This document shows positions 1 to 11,259 of a stretch of DNA of 32,000 nucleotides, in pieces (position 1 is the first letter of the stretch; each line of letters begins with the position of its first letter). Source of the DNA: Vibrio vulnificus CMCP6. GTDB taxonomy: Bacteria; Pseudomonadota; Gammaproteobacteria; Enterobacterales; Vibrionaceae. Location of the stretch: positions 1,020,001-1,052,000 of the forward strand of contig NC_004459.3 in the NCBI RefSeq assembly GCF_000039765.1, read 5' to 3'. The position numbers were made by a program, and so were the translations under genes. The notes under the pieces were generated by a model. The model did not search any database. It was given only the letters and a program-made list of their open reading frames with translations, and had not been told where the DNA came from.

Positions 1-1372
1 TGGCCGTTATGCACTAGCACTTAACCTTGAGCGTGACTCGGTTGGTGCGGTAGTAATGGGTCCATATGCTGACCTTAAGGAAGGCATGAAAGTAACAGGT
101 ACTGGTCGTATTCTTGAAGTGCCAGTTGGTCCTGAGCTATTGGGTCGTGTAGTGAACACACTAGGTGAGCCAATTGACGGTAAAGGTCCAATTGAAGCGA
201 AATTAACGTCACCTGTTGAAGTGATTGCACCAGGTGTAATCGACCGTCAGTCGGTTGATCAACCTGTACAAACTGGTTATAAGTCAGTTGACTCAATGAT
301 CCCTATCGGTCGTGGTCAGCGTGAACTTATCATCGGTGACCGTCAGACTGGTAAAACAGCGATGGCGATCGATGCGATCATCAACCAGAAAAACTCTGGT
401 ATTTTCTCTATCTACGTAGCGATTGGTCAGAAAGCTTCTACTATCGCCAACGTAGTGCGTAAACTGGAAGAGCACGGTGCTCTGAAGAACACAATTGTGG
501 TTGTGGCTTCAGCATCTGAATCTGCTGCACTGCAATACCTAGCGCCATACGCAGGTTGTGCAATGGGTGAATACTTCCGTGATCGCGGCGAAGACGCACT
601 GATTGTTTATGATGATCTATCAAAGCAAGCGGTCGCTTACCGTCAGATTTCTCTATTGCTAAAACGCCCACCAGGCCGTGAAGCATTCCCAGGTGACGTA
701 TTCTACCTTCACTCTCGTCTACTAGAGCGTGCAGCTCGTGTAAACGCAGAGTATGTAGAGCGTTTCACTAACGGTGAAGTAAAAGGTAAGACAGGTTCTT
801 TAACCGCTCTTCCTATCATCGAAACTCAGGCTGGTGACGTTTCTGCATTCGTACCAACCAACGTAATCTCGATCACCGATGGTCAGATCTTCCTACAAAC
901 TGAGCTATTCAACGCGGGTGTACGTCCAGCGGTTGATCCAGGTATCTCAGTATCTCGTGTAGGTGGTTCTGCACAAACGAAAATCATCAAGAAGCTGTCT
1001 GGTGGTATCCGTACAGCACTAGCGGCTTACCGTGAACTTGCAGCGTTTGCTCAGTTCTCTTCGGATCTTGATGAAGCGACTAAGAGACAGTTGAACCACG
1101 GTCAAAAAGTAACTGAACTGATGAAGCAGAAGCAATACGCTCCGATGTCAGTGTTTGACCAGGCTCTAACTATCTTTGCGGCAGAGCGTGGCTACCTAAG
1201 CGATATCGAACTTTCTAAAGTTCTTGATTTCGAAGCAGCTCTACTATCGTACGCTCGCGGTCAATACGCTGAATTAGCAGCTGAGATCGACAAGACGGGT
1301 GCTTACAACGATGAAATCGAAGCTCAGTTGAAGAAACTGACTGACGACTTCAAAGCAACCCAAACTTGGTAA
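1..1372 (+). CDS. atpA: F1F0 ATP synthase subunit alpha (5' truncated by the window; listed ORF starts at an internal Met at 56)
   Basis: Same reading frame is open from base 2. Protein contains GDRQTGKTA (P-loop) and the [17 protein letters not shown] motif, followed by atpG-atpD-atpC. Confidence 0.97.
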   Translation, partial: GRYALALNLERDSVGAVVMGPYADLKEGMKVTGTGRILEVPVGPELLGRVVNTLGEPIDGKGPIEAKLTSPVEVIAPGVIDRQSVDQPVQTGYKSVDSMIPIGRGQRELIIGDRQTGKTAMAIDAIINQKNSGIFSIYVAIGQKASTIANVVRKLEEHGALKNTIVVVASASESAALQYLAPYAGCAMGEYFRDRGEDALIVYDDLSKQAVAYRQISLLLKRPPGREAFPGDVFYLHSRLLERAARVNAEYVERFTNGEVKGKTGSLTALPIIETQAGDVSAFVPTNVISITDGQIFLQTELFNAGVRPAVDPGISVSRVGGSAQTKIIKKLSGGIRTALAAYRELAAFAQFSSDLDEATKRQLNHGQKVTELMKQKQYAPMSVFDQALTIFAAERGYLSDIELSKVLDFEAALLSYARGQYAELAAEIDKTGAYNDEIEAQLKKLTDDFKATQTW

Positions 1373-1378
1373 TAGGTC

Positions 1379-1397
1379 GGTGGCAGTGGCTGCCACC
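1379..1397 (+). other. Perfect 8-bp stem hairpin in the atpA-atpG intercistronic gap (GGTGGCAG-TGG-CTGCCACC)
   Basis: Read directly from sequence. No T-run follows, so it is not a typical intrinsic terminator. Confidence 0.6.
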
Positions 1398-1415
1398 AAC
1401 TAATGGAGAGTAACG

Positions 1416-2282
1416 ATGGCCGGCGCAAAAGAGATACGTAGTAAAATCGGGAGTGTTAAAAGCACTCAGAAGATTACGAAAGCGATGGAAATGGTAGCAG
1501 CTTCAAAAATGCGTCGTTCGCAAGACGCAATGGAAGCTTCTCGTCCATACGCGGAAACAATGCGTAAAGTGATCGGTCATGTGGCAAATGCAAGTCTAGA
1601 GTATCGTCATCCGTACCTAGATGAGCGTGAAGCCAAGCGTGTTGGTTACATCATCATTTCAACGGACCGTGGTCTGTGTGGCGGCTTGAACATCAACGTG
1701 TTCAAAAAAGCGGTTACAGATATGCAGGCATGGAAAGAGAAAGGTGCTGAGGTTGAGCTTGCGGTAATTGGCTCAAAAGCGACAGCTTTCTTTAAACATG
1801 GCGGCGCGAAAGTGGCAGCTCAGGTTTCAGGTTTGGGTGATAGCCCAAGTTTGGAGGACCTGATCGGTTCGGTTAGCGTGATGCTAGAAAAATATGATGA
1901 AGGTGAATTGGACCGTTTGTACCTTGTATTTAACAAGTTCGTAAACACCATGGTTCAACAACCAACGATCGATCAATTGCTACCTTTGCCTAAATCGGAC
2001 AGCAAAGATATGCAGCGTGAGCATTCATGGGATTACATCTATGAGCCAGAACCTCAGGCTCTACTCGATGCACTATTAGTGCGTTATGTAGAATCTCAGG
2101 TTTATCAAGGTGTAGTTGAGAACCTTGCTTGTGAGCAAGCGGCTCGAATGGTTGCTATGAAGGCTGCAACTGATAACGCAACCAACTTGATTGACGACTT
2201 AGAACTTGTGTACAACAAAGCCCGTCAGGCTGCGATTACACAAGAACTATCGGAAATCGTTGGTGGTGCAGCAGCGGTTTAA
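1416..2282 (+). CDS. atpG: F1F0 ATP synthase subunit gamma
   Basis: [34 protein letters not shown]-terminus and operon position. Confidence 0.97.
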   Translation: MAGAKEIRSKIGSVKSTQKITKAMEMVAASKMRRSQDAMEASRPYAETMRKVIGHVANASLEYRHPYLDEREAKRVGYIIISTDRGLCGGLNINVFKKAVTDMQAWKEKGAEVELAVIGSKATAFFKHGGAKVAAQVSGLGDSPSLEDLIGSVSVMLEKYDEGELDRLYLVFNKFVNTMVQQPTIDQLLPLPKSDSKDMQREHSWDYIYEPEPQALLDALLVRYVESQVYQGVVENLACEQAARMVAMKAATDNATNLIDDLELVYNKARQAAITQELSEIVGGAAAV

Positions 2283-2293
2283 GCTTAGGTTAA

Positions 2294-3721
<1,428 letters not shown>

Positions 3722-3739
3722 GGCTAACTAGGAGGCGAT

Positions 3740-4162
3740 ATGGCAGCAATAACCTTTCATCTGGATGTGGTAAGCGCGGAGAAGAAAATCTTTTCTGGTC
3801 GCGTTGAAACGTTTCAGGTGACCGGTAGCGAGGGTGAGCTGGGTATTTTCCATGGCCACACACCGCTGCTGACCGCTATCAAGCCTGGTATGGTGCGTAT
3901 TGTTAAACTTCACGGCGAAGAAGAGTTCATTTATGTCTCTGGTGGTATCGTAGAAGTTCAGCCTGGTACTGCAACAGTACTGGCTGATACTGCGATTCGT
4001 GGTGAAGAACTAGACGCAGCGAAGGCAGAAGAAGCAAAACGTCGTGCGAAAGAGAACATTCTCAACCAGCATGGCGATATGGACTTCGCACAAGCGGCCA
4101 GTGAACTGGCTAAAGCCATTGCTCAGCTTCGTGTTATCGAGCTGACAAAGAAACGTCGTTAA
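3740..4162 (+). CDS. atpC: F1F0 ATP synthase subunit epsilon
   Basis: [19 protein letters not shown]...[19 protein letters not shown] motif, last gene of the atp operon. Confidence 0.96.
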   Translation: MAAITFHLDVVSAEKKIFSGRVETFQVTGSEGELGIFHGHTPLLTAIKPGMVRIVKLHGEEEFIYVSGGIVEVQPGTATVLADTAIRGEELDAAKAEEAKRRAKENILNQHGDMDFAQAASELAKAIAQLRVIELTKKRR

Positions 4163-4187
4163 TTTTAGCGGTGTTTTAATAGTGATA

Positions 4188-4214
4188 AAGGCGGTCAATT
4201 TGACCGCCTTTTTG
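4188..4214 (+). terminator. Intrinsic terminator of the atp operon
   Basis: AAGGCGGTCAA/TTTGACCGCCTTTTTG: strong stem followed by a T-run. Confidence 0.9.
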
Positions 4215-4315
4215 CTTAATTTTTATTAGAAATTTTTATCCATAAGTTAACTATTCGTCATTAGCTGGGTAAAATAGCCGACAGAATTTTTGGCAACGTC
4301 AATAGGTTATAAATA

Positions 4316-5677
4316 ATGAAATTTAGCGCGGTGATTCTCGCGGCGGGGAAAGGAACCCGTATGTACTCCAATATGCCGAAGGTACTGCATACGCTTGCAG
4401 GCAAACCAATGGTGAAACATGTGATTGATACCTGTACGGGTCTTGGAGCACAGAACATTCATTTGGTCTACGGCCACGGTGGCGACCAAATGCAAGCTGC
4501 TTTGGCAGAAGAGCCAGTTAATTGGGTGCTGCAAGCCGAACAATTGGGTACTGGTCACGCGGTGGATCAAGCCTCTCCTCAGTTTGAAGATGATGAAAAA
4601 ATCTTGGTTCTTTACGGCGATGTTCCGCTGATTTCCTCTGAAACCATTGAAAGCTTGCTTGACGCCCAGCCTAAAGGCGGCATTGCGCTGCTTACTGTCG
4701 TCTTGGATAACCCAACGGGTTACGGTCGTATCGTGCGTAAAAACGGTCCGGTGGTGGCGATCGTTGAGCAAAAAGACGCGAATGAAGAGCAAAAATTAAT
4801 TAAAGAGATCAACACGGGCGTAATGGTGGCGACTGGTGGTGATCTGAAGCGTTGGCTTGCAGGCTTAAACAATGACAACGCTCAAGGTGAGTACTACTTA
4901 ACAGACGTCATTGCTGCTGCGCACGATGAAGGCAATGCGGTTGAAGCGGTTCACCCAGTTAGCCCAATCGAAGTGGAAGGGGTGAATGATCGCGCTCAGT
5001 TGGCTCGTCTAGAACGTGCATTCCAAGCAGCCCAAGCGAAAAAGCTGCTTGAGCAAGGCGTGATGTTGCGTGATCCTGCACGCTTTGACCTACGTGGTGA
5101 ACTGCAGTGTGGCCTTGATGTTGAGATCGATGTGAATGTGATCATTGAAGGTAACGTCTCCCTTGGTGATAACGTCGTTATCGGTGCTGGCTGTGTGCTT
5201 AAAGACTGTGAAATCGATGATAACACCATCGTTCGTCCATACAGTGTTATTGAAGGTGCGACGGTGGGTGAGCAATGTACCGTTGGTCCGTTTACTCGTC
5301 TGCGTCCTGGTGCTGAGATGCGTAACGACTCTCACGTGGGCAACTTTGTCGAAGTAAAAAATGCACGTATTGGTGAGGGGTCTAAAGCCAACCACCTGAC
5401 TTATCTTGGCGATGCTGAAATCGGTCAACGCACCAATATCGGCGCTGGTACCATTACCTGCAACTACGATGGTGCAAACAAATTCAAAACCATTATCGGT
5501 AACGATGTGTTTGTTGGTTCAGATAGCCAACTGGTCGCTCCGCTGACGATTGCTGATGGTGCAACGATTGGTGCCGGTACCACCTTGACCAAAGATGTTG
5601 CAGAAGGTGAGTTAGTGATTACTCGCGCCAAAGAACGCAAAGTTACAGGCTGGCAACGCCCAGTTAAGAAAAAGTAA
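4316..5677 (+). CDS. glmU: Bifunctional UDP-N-acetylglucosamine pyrophosphorylase / glucosamine-1-phosphate N-acetyltransferase
   Basis: [25 protein letters not shown] nucleotidyltransferase motif plus C-terminal left-handed beta-helix hexapeptide repeats. Confidence 0.97.
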   Translation: MKFSAVILAAGKGTRMYSNMPKVLHTLAGKPMVKHVIDTCTGLGAQNIHLVYGHGGDQMQAALAEEPVNWVLQAEQLGTGHAVDQASPQFEDDEKILVLYGDVPLISSETIESLLDAQPKGGIALLTVVLDNPTGYGRIVRKNGPVVAIVEQKDANEEQKLIKEINTGVMVATGGDLKRWLAGLNNDNAQGEYYLTDVIAAAHDEGNAVEAVHPVSPIEVEGVNDRAQLARLERAFQAAQAKKLLEQGVMLRDPARFDLRGELQCGLDVEIDVNVIIEGNVSLGDNVVIGAGCVLKDCEIDDNTIVRPYSVIEGATVGEQCTVGPFTRLRPGAEMRNDSHVGNFVEVKNARIGEGSKANHLTYLGDAEIGQRTNIGAGTITCNYDGANKFKTIIGNDVFVGSDSQLVAPLTIADGATIGAGTTLTKDVAEGELVITRAKERKVTGWQRPVKKK

Positions 5678-5692
5678 TTATCGCTGGATAAC

Positions 5693-5724
5693 AAAAACGC
5701 CGCTGCAATAGCGGCGTTTTTTTT
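5693..5724. terminator. Bidirectional intrinsic terminator between glmU and the convergent permease gene
   Basis: AAAAACGCCGCT-GCAAT-AGCGGCGTTTTTTTT; A-run and T-run flank the stem. Confidence 0.88.
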
Positions 5725-5736
5725 GATGATGACGAA

Positions 5737-6477
5737 CTAATGGCTGGGAATGGCACTGCGCTTTTCTAGCCAACGTACGGCTTGAGACACCATCAAGATC
5801 AACAGCAAATATTCCAGCACTAAGAAAGTATAAATCTCTAGAGGTAAGTACTCATTCACCACCAACTCATTGGCTCGCCTCGTCAAATCACTTAGACCAA
5901 TGACACTGACCAATGAGCTCATCTTGAGAATATAAACAAACTGGTTGCCGAGCGCGGGCAGCATCTGACGAAATGCTTGCGGCAAAATCACCAAACGCAT
6001 TTTTTGCCAATAGTTGAGACCAAGCGACTTTGCTGCTTCATGTTGGCCACGACCGATAGATTGAATGCCACCGCGAAATACTTCTGCCATAAATGCACTT
6101 TCCGCGATCGTCAGTGCAATAATTCCCGCCCAATAATGGTCTAGTGAAACATCGAGTAATGTGGGTAGGCCGTAATACACCCACAACAGCAGAACCAACA
6201 CGGGAATGGCACGTATTACTTCAACGTAAATCCGGTTTAAGCGTTGTAGGGATTTGCGGGGAGAAAGGGCCGGTAGGGCAACCATTAAGCCCAGAGTCAT
6301 GGCAAACAGCATACTGAGTAGCGATACGCTGATGGTGTCGGCAAAGCCAGCGATAAGAAACTTCACGTTCGTTAGGCCTTGCTCGGTCGTCGGATCAAGC
6401 ACATACCAGCCCCATTGATAGTCAGAACAGCCAGTGAGTGGCAGTAACATCATTAAACATAAATATCGACAGGTCAC
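5737..6477 (-). CDS. Amino-acid (HisM/GlnP-type) ABC transporter permease with lipoprotein-like N-terminus; GTG start likely
   Basis: EAAKSLGLNYWQKMRLVILPQAFRQMLPALGNQFVYILKMSSL matches the polar amino acid permease EAA loop. GTG at 6477 is preceded by AAGGTG; alternative ATG starts lie at 6453 and 6450. Confidence 0.85.
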   Translation of the reverse strand: MTCRYLCLMMLLPLTGCSDYQWGWYVLDPTTEQGLTNVKFLIAGFADTISVSLLSMLFAMTLGLMVALPALSPRKSLQRLNRIYVEVIRAIPVLVLLLWVYYGLPTLLDVSLDHYWAGIIALTIAESAFMAEVFRGGIQSIGRGQHEAAKSLGLNYWQKMRLVILPQAFRQMLPALGNQFVYILKMSSLVSVIGLSDLTRRANELVVNEYLPLEIYTFLVLEYLLLILMVSQAVRWLEKRSAIPSH

Positions 6478-6584
6478 ACTACACCTTATATCAACTAAAA
6501 AAATGGTTGTGTTGCTGCTATGTTATCAATGATGTAACGCGAAATCTCAACTAATTACGGAACAATAAGTTAAAGGAAAATAAA

Positions 6585-7361
6585 ATGAAAAAAACTTGGT
6601 TAGCGTTGGGGCTTGGTTTGCTTGCTGCGTCCACTCTGGCTAATGCACAAAGTCGTTTGAATGAGATTCTCGACAACGGGGTATTAAGAGTCGGTACGAC
6701 TGGGGATTGGAACCCTATGACGATGAAAGATCCGGCCAATAACAGTTATCGTGGTTTTGATATCGATGTCACGACTGAGCTGGCGAAAGACCTCGGCGTC
6801 AAAGTTGAATACGTGGCGACGGATTGGAAAACGTTAGTTAATGGCATCACCGCGGATAAGTATGACATTACAGGCAGCGCATCACTGAGTATGTCTCGCG
6901 CGAAAGTGGCAGGTTACAGTCAGCCTTACTTTTATCTTGCGTTTGTGCCTGTGGTGCAGAAAAAAGATCTCGGTAAGTACTCTGATTGGAGCGATTTTGA
7001 TAAAGCGGATGTAAAAGTGGCGGCAACTCTAGGTACCGTACAAGAAAAAATGGTTAAGGAGTTTTTCCCTTCCGCACAGCACATCGTGATTGAAGCACCA
7101 GCCCGTGATTTCCAAGAACTGTTGGCCAAACGAGCGGATGTCTCTGTGACCTCAAATGTGGAAGCGGCGACGCTGGTGGAGAAATTTCAGCAATTGGCGA
7201 TTGTGCCAGTCAAAGAGCCGCGCAAGCCGACACCGATCGCCATGCTATTGCCACAGGATGATCAAGTTTGGATTAATTACGTTAACCATTGGGTTGAACT
7301 GAAAAAGACACAAGGTTTCTTTAAACAGACCGCAGAAAAATGGGGACTCAAAGGGTTATAA
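6585..7361 (+). CDS. Periplasmic solute-binding protein family 3, resembling cyclohexadienyl/arogenate dehydratase (PheC)-type proteins
   Basis: Signal peptide MKKTWLALGLGLLAASTLANA; RLNEILDNGVLRVGTTGDWNPMTMKDPANNSYRGFDIDVTTELAKDLGVKVEYV...WKTLVNG. Confidence 0.8.
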   Translation: MKKTWLALGLGLLAASTLANAQSRLNEILDNGVLRVGTTGDWNPMTMKDPANNSYRGFDIDVTTELAKDLGVKVEYVATDWKTLVNGITADKYDITGSASLSMSRAKVAGYSQPYFYLAFVPVVQKKDLGKYSDWSDFDKADVKVAATLGTVQEKMVKEFFPSAQHIVIEAPARDFQELLAKRADVSVTSNVEAATLVEKFQQLAIVPVKEPRKPTPIAMLLPQDDQVWINYVNHWVELKKTQGFFKQTAEKWGLKGL

Positions 7362-7390
7362 CTGGCTATTAGCCTCGCCTCGAAATATAA

Positions 7391-7420
7391 AGCCGCATAC
7401 TTATTATGCGGCTCTTGTGT
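7391..7420. terminator. Likely terminator hairpin between convergent SBP gene and MFS gene
   Basis: AGCCGCATA-CTTAT-TATGCGGCT, 9-bp perfect stem, weak T-rich tail (CTTGTGTT). Confidence 0.55.
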
Positions 7421-7429
7421 TGCTAGAGA

Positions 7430-8635
7430 TTAGATCTCTTCATCACTCACTACGCGTGCATTGTCTGGTGTTGTGAAGTGCTGCGACAACTCTTTGTTGG
7501 AGACGATATAGCCGATCCAAAGTCCGCCCATACAGAGAACAATCGCAATACCGGTAACCGCTTGCGCTTGGCTAGCAAGAGCGGCGACCAGCGCGCTAGA
7601 TAAGCTGCTGACGGTGATTTGTAAGCTGTTTTGCAAACCTGCGGCTGTGGCTGGGCTTTGCTTAGCACTGGCAAGTGCGCGGTTAACCACGATAGGGTAA
7701 AGGGCACCATTTGCCACGGCAATCAAACAGAATGGCGCTAAGATTGGCCAAATAGACGTTAATTGCCATTGTGATGCGATGAAAATCAGCAGCGCTGCGA
7801 CGCTAAACAGACCAATCAGTTGACGCAGGACTTTTTCATCACCAAATTTACGCACACCAACTTTACCTAAGTATCCACCGACCATAAACGCGATGGTTTG
7901 CGGCACAAAGCTCATGCCGATGTCTTTGGCATCGTAGCCAAGCTGCGCCATGATTTCAGGCATACCTGTCAGGTAAGCAAAGAAAGCGGCAGACGCGGTG
8001 GCGAACATCATTACATTGCCCAAATAGGTTTTTGAGCTGAGTAGATGTTTGATATCCGATTTTACACTGCTTTGCTTTGGCTCATTGGCGACACTAGGTT
8101 GTGCCATGGTCGCCGCAACCAAGACCAAACCGAGTACCGTTAACGCGACAAAAATACTGTGCCAACCAAAACTATCAGCCAACACAACACCCAACTGAGG
8201 GGCGAGCGCAGGAGAAAGTGCTACCAGCGGCATAATGGTGGCAAAAATTTGTTGGCTACTGCTGGAGTAACGTTTGATGACCATGGCTTGCCAGATCACG
8301 GCTGGCGCGCACACCCCGATCGCTTGAACAAAACGCAAGCTGAGCAGTTGCCAAACTTGATCACTGAACGCCAAACCCAATGAGGCCAGCGTAAACAGAG
8401 CGAGGCCAGCTGCCAAGGTATTGCGGTGACCAAACTTATCAGAGGCAAGACCCCAAAGCAGTTGACCGACTGCCATGCCGACTAAAAAGACCGTTAAGGA
8501 AAGCGCGATCTGTTCTGGTCCGGTCATAAAGTCGATTTCCATCGCTTTAAACGCAGGGAGATACATGTCTGTTGCGACAAAGCCGAGCATCGAGAGGGCT
8601 GCAAGATACACAAGCTGTAATTTTGAAATGTTCAT
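7430..8635 (-). CDS. punC: Bcr/CflA-family MFS transporter, PunC (YdhC)-like purine nucleoside transporter
   Basis: 12-TM type protein with DMYLPAF and LVGMAVGQLLWGLASDKFGHR motifs; divergent from a PunR-like LysR gene as in E. coli ydhC/ydhB. The listed ORF starts at a TTG (8650); the ATG at 8635 is more likely. Confidence 0.75.
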   Translation of the reverse strand: MNISKLQLVYLAALSMLGFVATDMYLPAFKAMEIDFMTGPEQIALSLTVFLVGMAVGQLLWGLASDKFGHRNTLAAGLALFTLASLGLAFSDQVWQLLSLRFVQAIGVCAPAVIWQAMVIKRYSSSSQQIFATIMPLVALSPALAPQLGVVLADSFGWHSIFVALTVLGLVLVAATMAQPSVANEPKQSSVKSDIKHLLSSKTYLGNVMMFATASAAFFAYLTGMPEIMAQLGYDAKDIGMSFVPQTIAFMVGGYLGKVGVRKFGDEKVLRQLIGLFSVAALLIFIASQWQLTSIWPILAPFCLIAVANGALYPIVVNRALASAKQSPATAAGLQNSLQITVSSLSSALVAALASQAQAVTGIAIVLCMGGLWIGYIVSNKELSQHFTTPDNARVVSDEEI

Positions 8636-8786
8636 ACTTATTCCATTCAATTTTTTTCACTACAAATGTTTTGTGATCAGTTGGCGCCAACCCTGATTTA
8701 TATGCCCTGCTATTCTATTTTTCGCTTTTGAGAAAATAAAACGCTAAAATTCATGGTTATCAATCAAAATTTTTGAAAGGTAAGCT

Positions 8787-9707
8787 GTGTTTTCAAAGCC
8801 ATCGCTAGAAATGTTGGATACCGTCGCTCGTTTAGGCAGTTTTACTGCCGCCGCTGAGGTGTTGCACAAAGTGCCCTCGGCCATCAGTTATGGTGTGCGT
8901 CAGGTGGAACAAGAACTTGGCGTGTTGCTGTTCCGCCGTTTACCGAGAAAAGTAGAACTGACCCCAGCAGGTGAGCTGTTCATCGCCGAAGCGAGAATGC
9001 TGCTAAGGCAGATGGAAGAAGTGAAATCGCAGACGCGGCGCGCGGCGCAAGGCTGGCAATCCACGCTGAAGTTGACGCTGGATAACGTGGTCAAGCTCGA
9101 CAAACTCAAGCCTTTGGTCGAGGATTTCTATCGCGAATTCGATTTTGCAGAACTGCAAATCAATATGGAAGTGTTCAATGGTTCTTGGGAGGCGATTGCC
9201 CAAGGGCGCGCGGATATCGTCATCGGCGCCACCTCGGCCATTCCTGTTGGGGGCGATTTTGAAGTGCGCGATATGGGACGATTGGATTGGGCGTTTGTTA
9301 TGTCTCCAGCGCATCCTTGCGTGCGTCAGCAAGTGCTGACAGAAGCGTTTGTCAGTCAGTTTCCCGCGATCTGTTTGGATGATACCTCCAGTGTGCTACC
9401 CAAGCGCCATACTGGACATTATCCGCAGCAGCGTCGTCTGTTGTTGCCCAATTGGTACAGTGCTATCGAGTGTTTAAAAAATGGCGTAGGCGTGGGTTAT
9501 ATGCCGCGTCATATTGCCATGCCACTGATCAACGACGGTGTGCTGGTGGAAAAGGTGCTACCGGACGACAAACCGCTGAGTCAATGTTGTCTGGTGTGGC
9601 GAAAAGATGACAACCACAAGTTGATTCAGTGGATGGTGGACTACTTAGGAAACTCACATCAACTGCATCAAGATTGGTTGCTGAGCGAAACAAAACGCCC
9701 TGTCTGA
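8787..9707 (+). CDS. punR: LysR-family transcriptional regulator, PunR (YdhB)-like; GTG start
   Basis: SLEMLDTVARLGSFTAAAEVLHKVPSAISYGVRQVEQ HTH; EVFNGSWEAIAQGRADIVIGATSAIPVGG and DMGRLDW resemble remembered E. coli YdhB. Confidence 0.78.
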   Translation: MFSKPSLEMLDTVARLGSFTAAAEVLHKVPSAISYGVRQVEQELGVLLFRRLPRKVELTPAGELFIAEARMLLRQMEEVKSQTRRAAQGWQSTLKLTLDNVVKLDKLKPLVEDFYREFDFAELQINMEVFNGSWEAIAQGRADIVIGATSAIPVGGDFEVRDMGRLDWAFVMSPAHPCVRQQVLTEAFVSQFPAICLDDTSSVLPKRHTGHYPQQRRLLLPNWYSAIECLKNGVGVGYMPRHIAMPLINDGVLVEKVLPDDKPLSQCCLVWRKDDNHKLIQWMVDYLGNSHQLHQDWLLSETKRPV

Positions 9708-9719
9708 CAGGGCGTTTTT
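9693..9719. terminator. Bidirectional terminator overlapping the last codons of the LysR gene and facing ilvA
   Basis: AAAACGCCCTGTCTGACAGGGCGTTTTT; the stem includes the TGA stop of the LysR ORF. Confidence 0.88.
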
Positions 9720-9726
9720 AACAGCA

Positions 9727-11256
9727 TTAGGAAAGAAAGAAACGGTAGGATGGGTTATCCGTGACATCTTTGCATTGGTAGCCAAGTTCGCGCAAATGCG
9801 CCGAAAAGCGGGATAAATCACTCTCATCAAGCTCAAAACCACACAGTACGCGGCCATAATCGGCTCCATGGTTGCGGTAGTTAAACAGGCTAATGTTCCA
9901 GTGTGTGCCCAGCGTGCTCAGGAACTTAAGCAGCGCGCCTGGGTATTCTGGAAACTCAAAGCTGTATAAGCGCTCTTTGAGTGGTTTGGAGGGTTTACCG
10001 CCAATCATATAGCGTACGTGCAGCTTGGCCATTTCATCCTCAGAAAGGTCCACCACTGGGTAGCCGCCTTCGCGTAAGTCGCGAATGATACCATCCAACT
10101 CCTCTTGACCATTTTGCAGACGAACGCCGACAAAAATATTGGCCAGCGAGTCGTCGTTGTAACGGTAGTTGAACTCCGTCACCGCACGGCCACCAATCAA
10201 ATGGCAGAACTCAAAAAACGCCCCTTTGCGCTCTGGAATGGTCACCGCAAGTAAGCCTTCGCGTTTTTCACCTAGCTCACAGCGCTCGGAAACATAACGT
10301 AAACCGTGGAAGTTGGTATTGGCACCCGAAAGCACGGTACCCAAGTTGTGTCCTTTGAGTTTGTGTTTCTCGGCATACTTTTTCAGCCCCGCCAGCGCCA
10401 GTGCTCCGGAAGGCTCAGCAATCGCACGGGTGTCTTCGAAAATATCTTTGACCGCCGCGCAGATTTCATCACTGGAGACGGTGACGTGATCGTCAATGTA
10501 GTGCTGGCATAGACGGAAAGTTTCATCGCCAATGCGTTTTACCGCCACACCATCAGCAAACATACTGACTTGATCCAGCACCACAGGCTCACCAGCATCC
10601 AATGCCGCCTTAAGGCAGGCAGAATCTTCAGGTTCCACCGCAATGACTTTGATCTCTGGCATCAGCTGTTTCACCAACACCGCCACACCAGCGGCTAAGC
10701 CACCGCCCCCAACAGGGACGAAAATGTGGTCGAGATGGCCGTTTTGCTGCAGCATTTCCATGCCGATGGTGCCTTGCCCAGCAATCACTAAAGGATGATC
10801 GAAAGGCGGGACAAAAGTGTAGCCTTTCTCTTGCGAAAGACGCTCGGCTTCGGCTTTGGCTTCATCGAAGTTGCTGCCGTGCAAGACGACTTTGCCGCCA
10901 AAGCCGCGCACTGCGTCGACTTTGATATCTGGCGTCGTGCGAGGCATCACGATGGTGGTTTCAATGCCAAGGCGTGTGCCTGACAGAGCCATGCCTTGCG
11001 CATGGTTGCCCGCAGAGGCAGTAATCACCCCCGCGTCCTTCTGTGCTTGCGACAGATTGGCCACCATATTGTAAGCGCCACGTAATTTAAACGAATGCAC
11101 CGGCTGGCGGTCTTCACGTTTGATCTGCACATTGTTGCCAATACGTGCGGACAAACGCGGCATCTCTTGCAAGGGGGTGACGGTCGCCACTTCATACACA
11201 GGAGCGCGTAGTATCTGGCGCAGGTAGTCTGCGCCAGTTTGTTGGGTTAATGACAT
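9727..11256 (-). CDS. ilvA: Threonine ammonia-lyase, biosynthetic
   Basis: REDRQPVHSFKLRGAYNM PLP site, C-terminal regulatory (ACT-like) domains, last gene of ilvGMEDA. Confidence 0.96.
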   Translation of the reverse strand: MSLTQQTGADYLRQILRAPVYEVATVTPLQEMPRLSARIGNNVQIKREDRQPVHSFKLRGAYNMVANLSQAQKDAGVITASAGNHAQGMALSGTRLGIETTIVMPRTTPDIKVDAVRGFGGKVVLHGSNFDEAKAEAERLSQEKGYTFVPPFDHPLVIAGQGTIGMEMLQQNGHLDHIFVPVGGGGLAAGVAVLVKQLMPEIKVIAVEPEDSACLKAALDAGEPVVLDQVSMFADGVAVKRIGDETFRLCQHYIDDHVTVSSDEICAAVKDIFEDTRAIAEPSGALALAGLKKYAEKHKLKGHNLGTVLSGANTNFHGLRYVSERCELGEKREGLLAVTIPERKGAFFEFCHLIGGRAVTEFNYRYNDDSLANIFVGVRLQNGQEELDGIIRDLREGGYPVVDLSEDEMAKLHVRYMIGGKPSKPLKERLYSFEFPEYPGALLKFLSTLGTHWNISLFNYRNHGADYGRVLCGFELDESDLSRFSAHLRELGYQCKDVTDNPSYRFFLS

Positions 11257-11259
11257 TGC

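Noticed and set aside
6596-9339. Antisense ORFs within the binding protein, MFS and LysR genes
   Set aside because: Overlap convincing coding sequences on the opposite strand, with no independent support.
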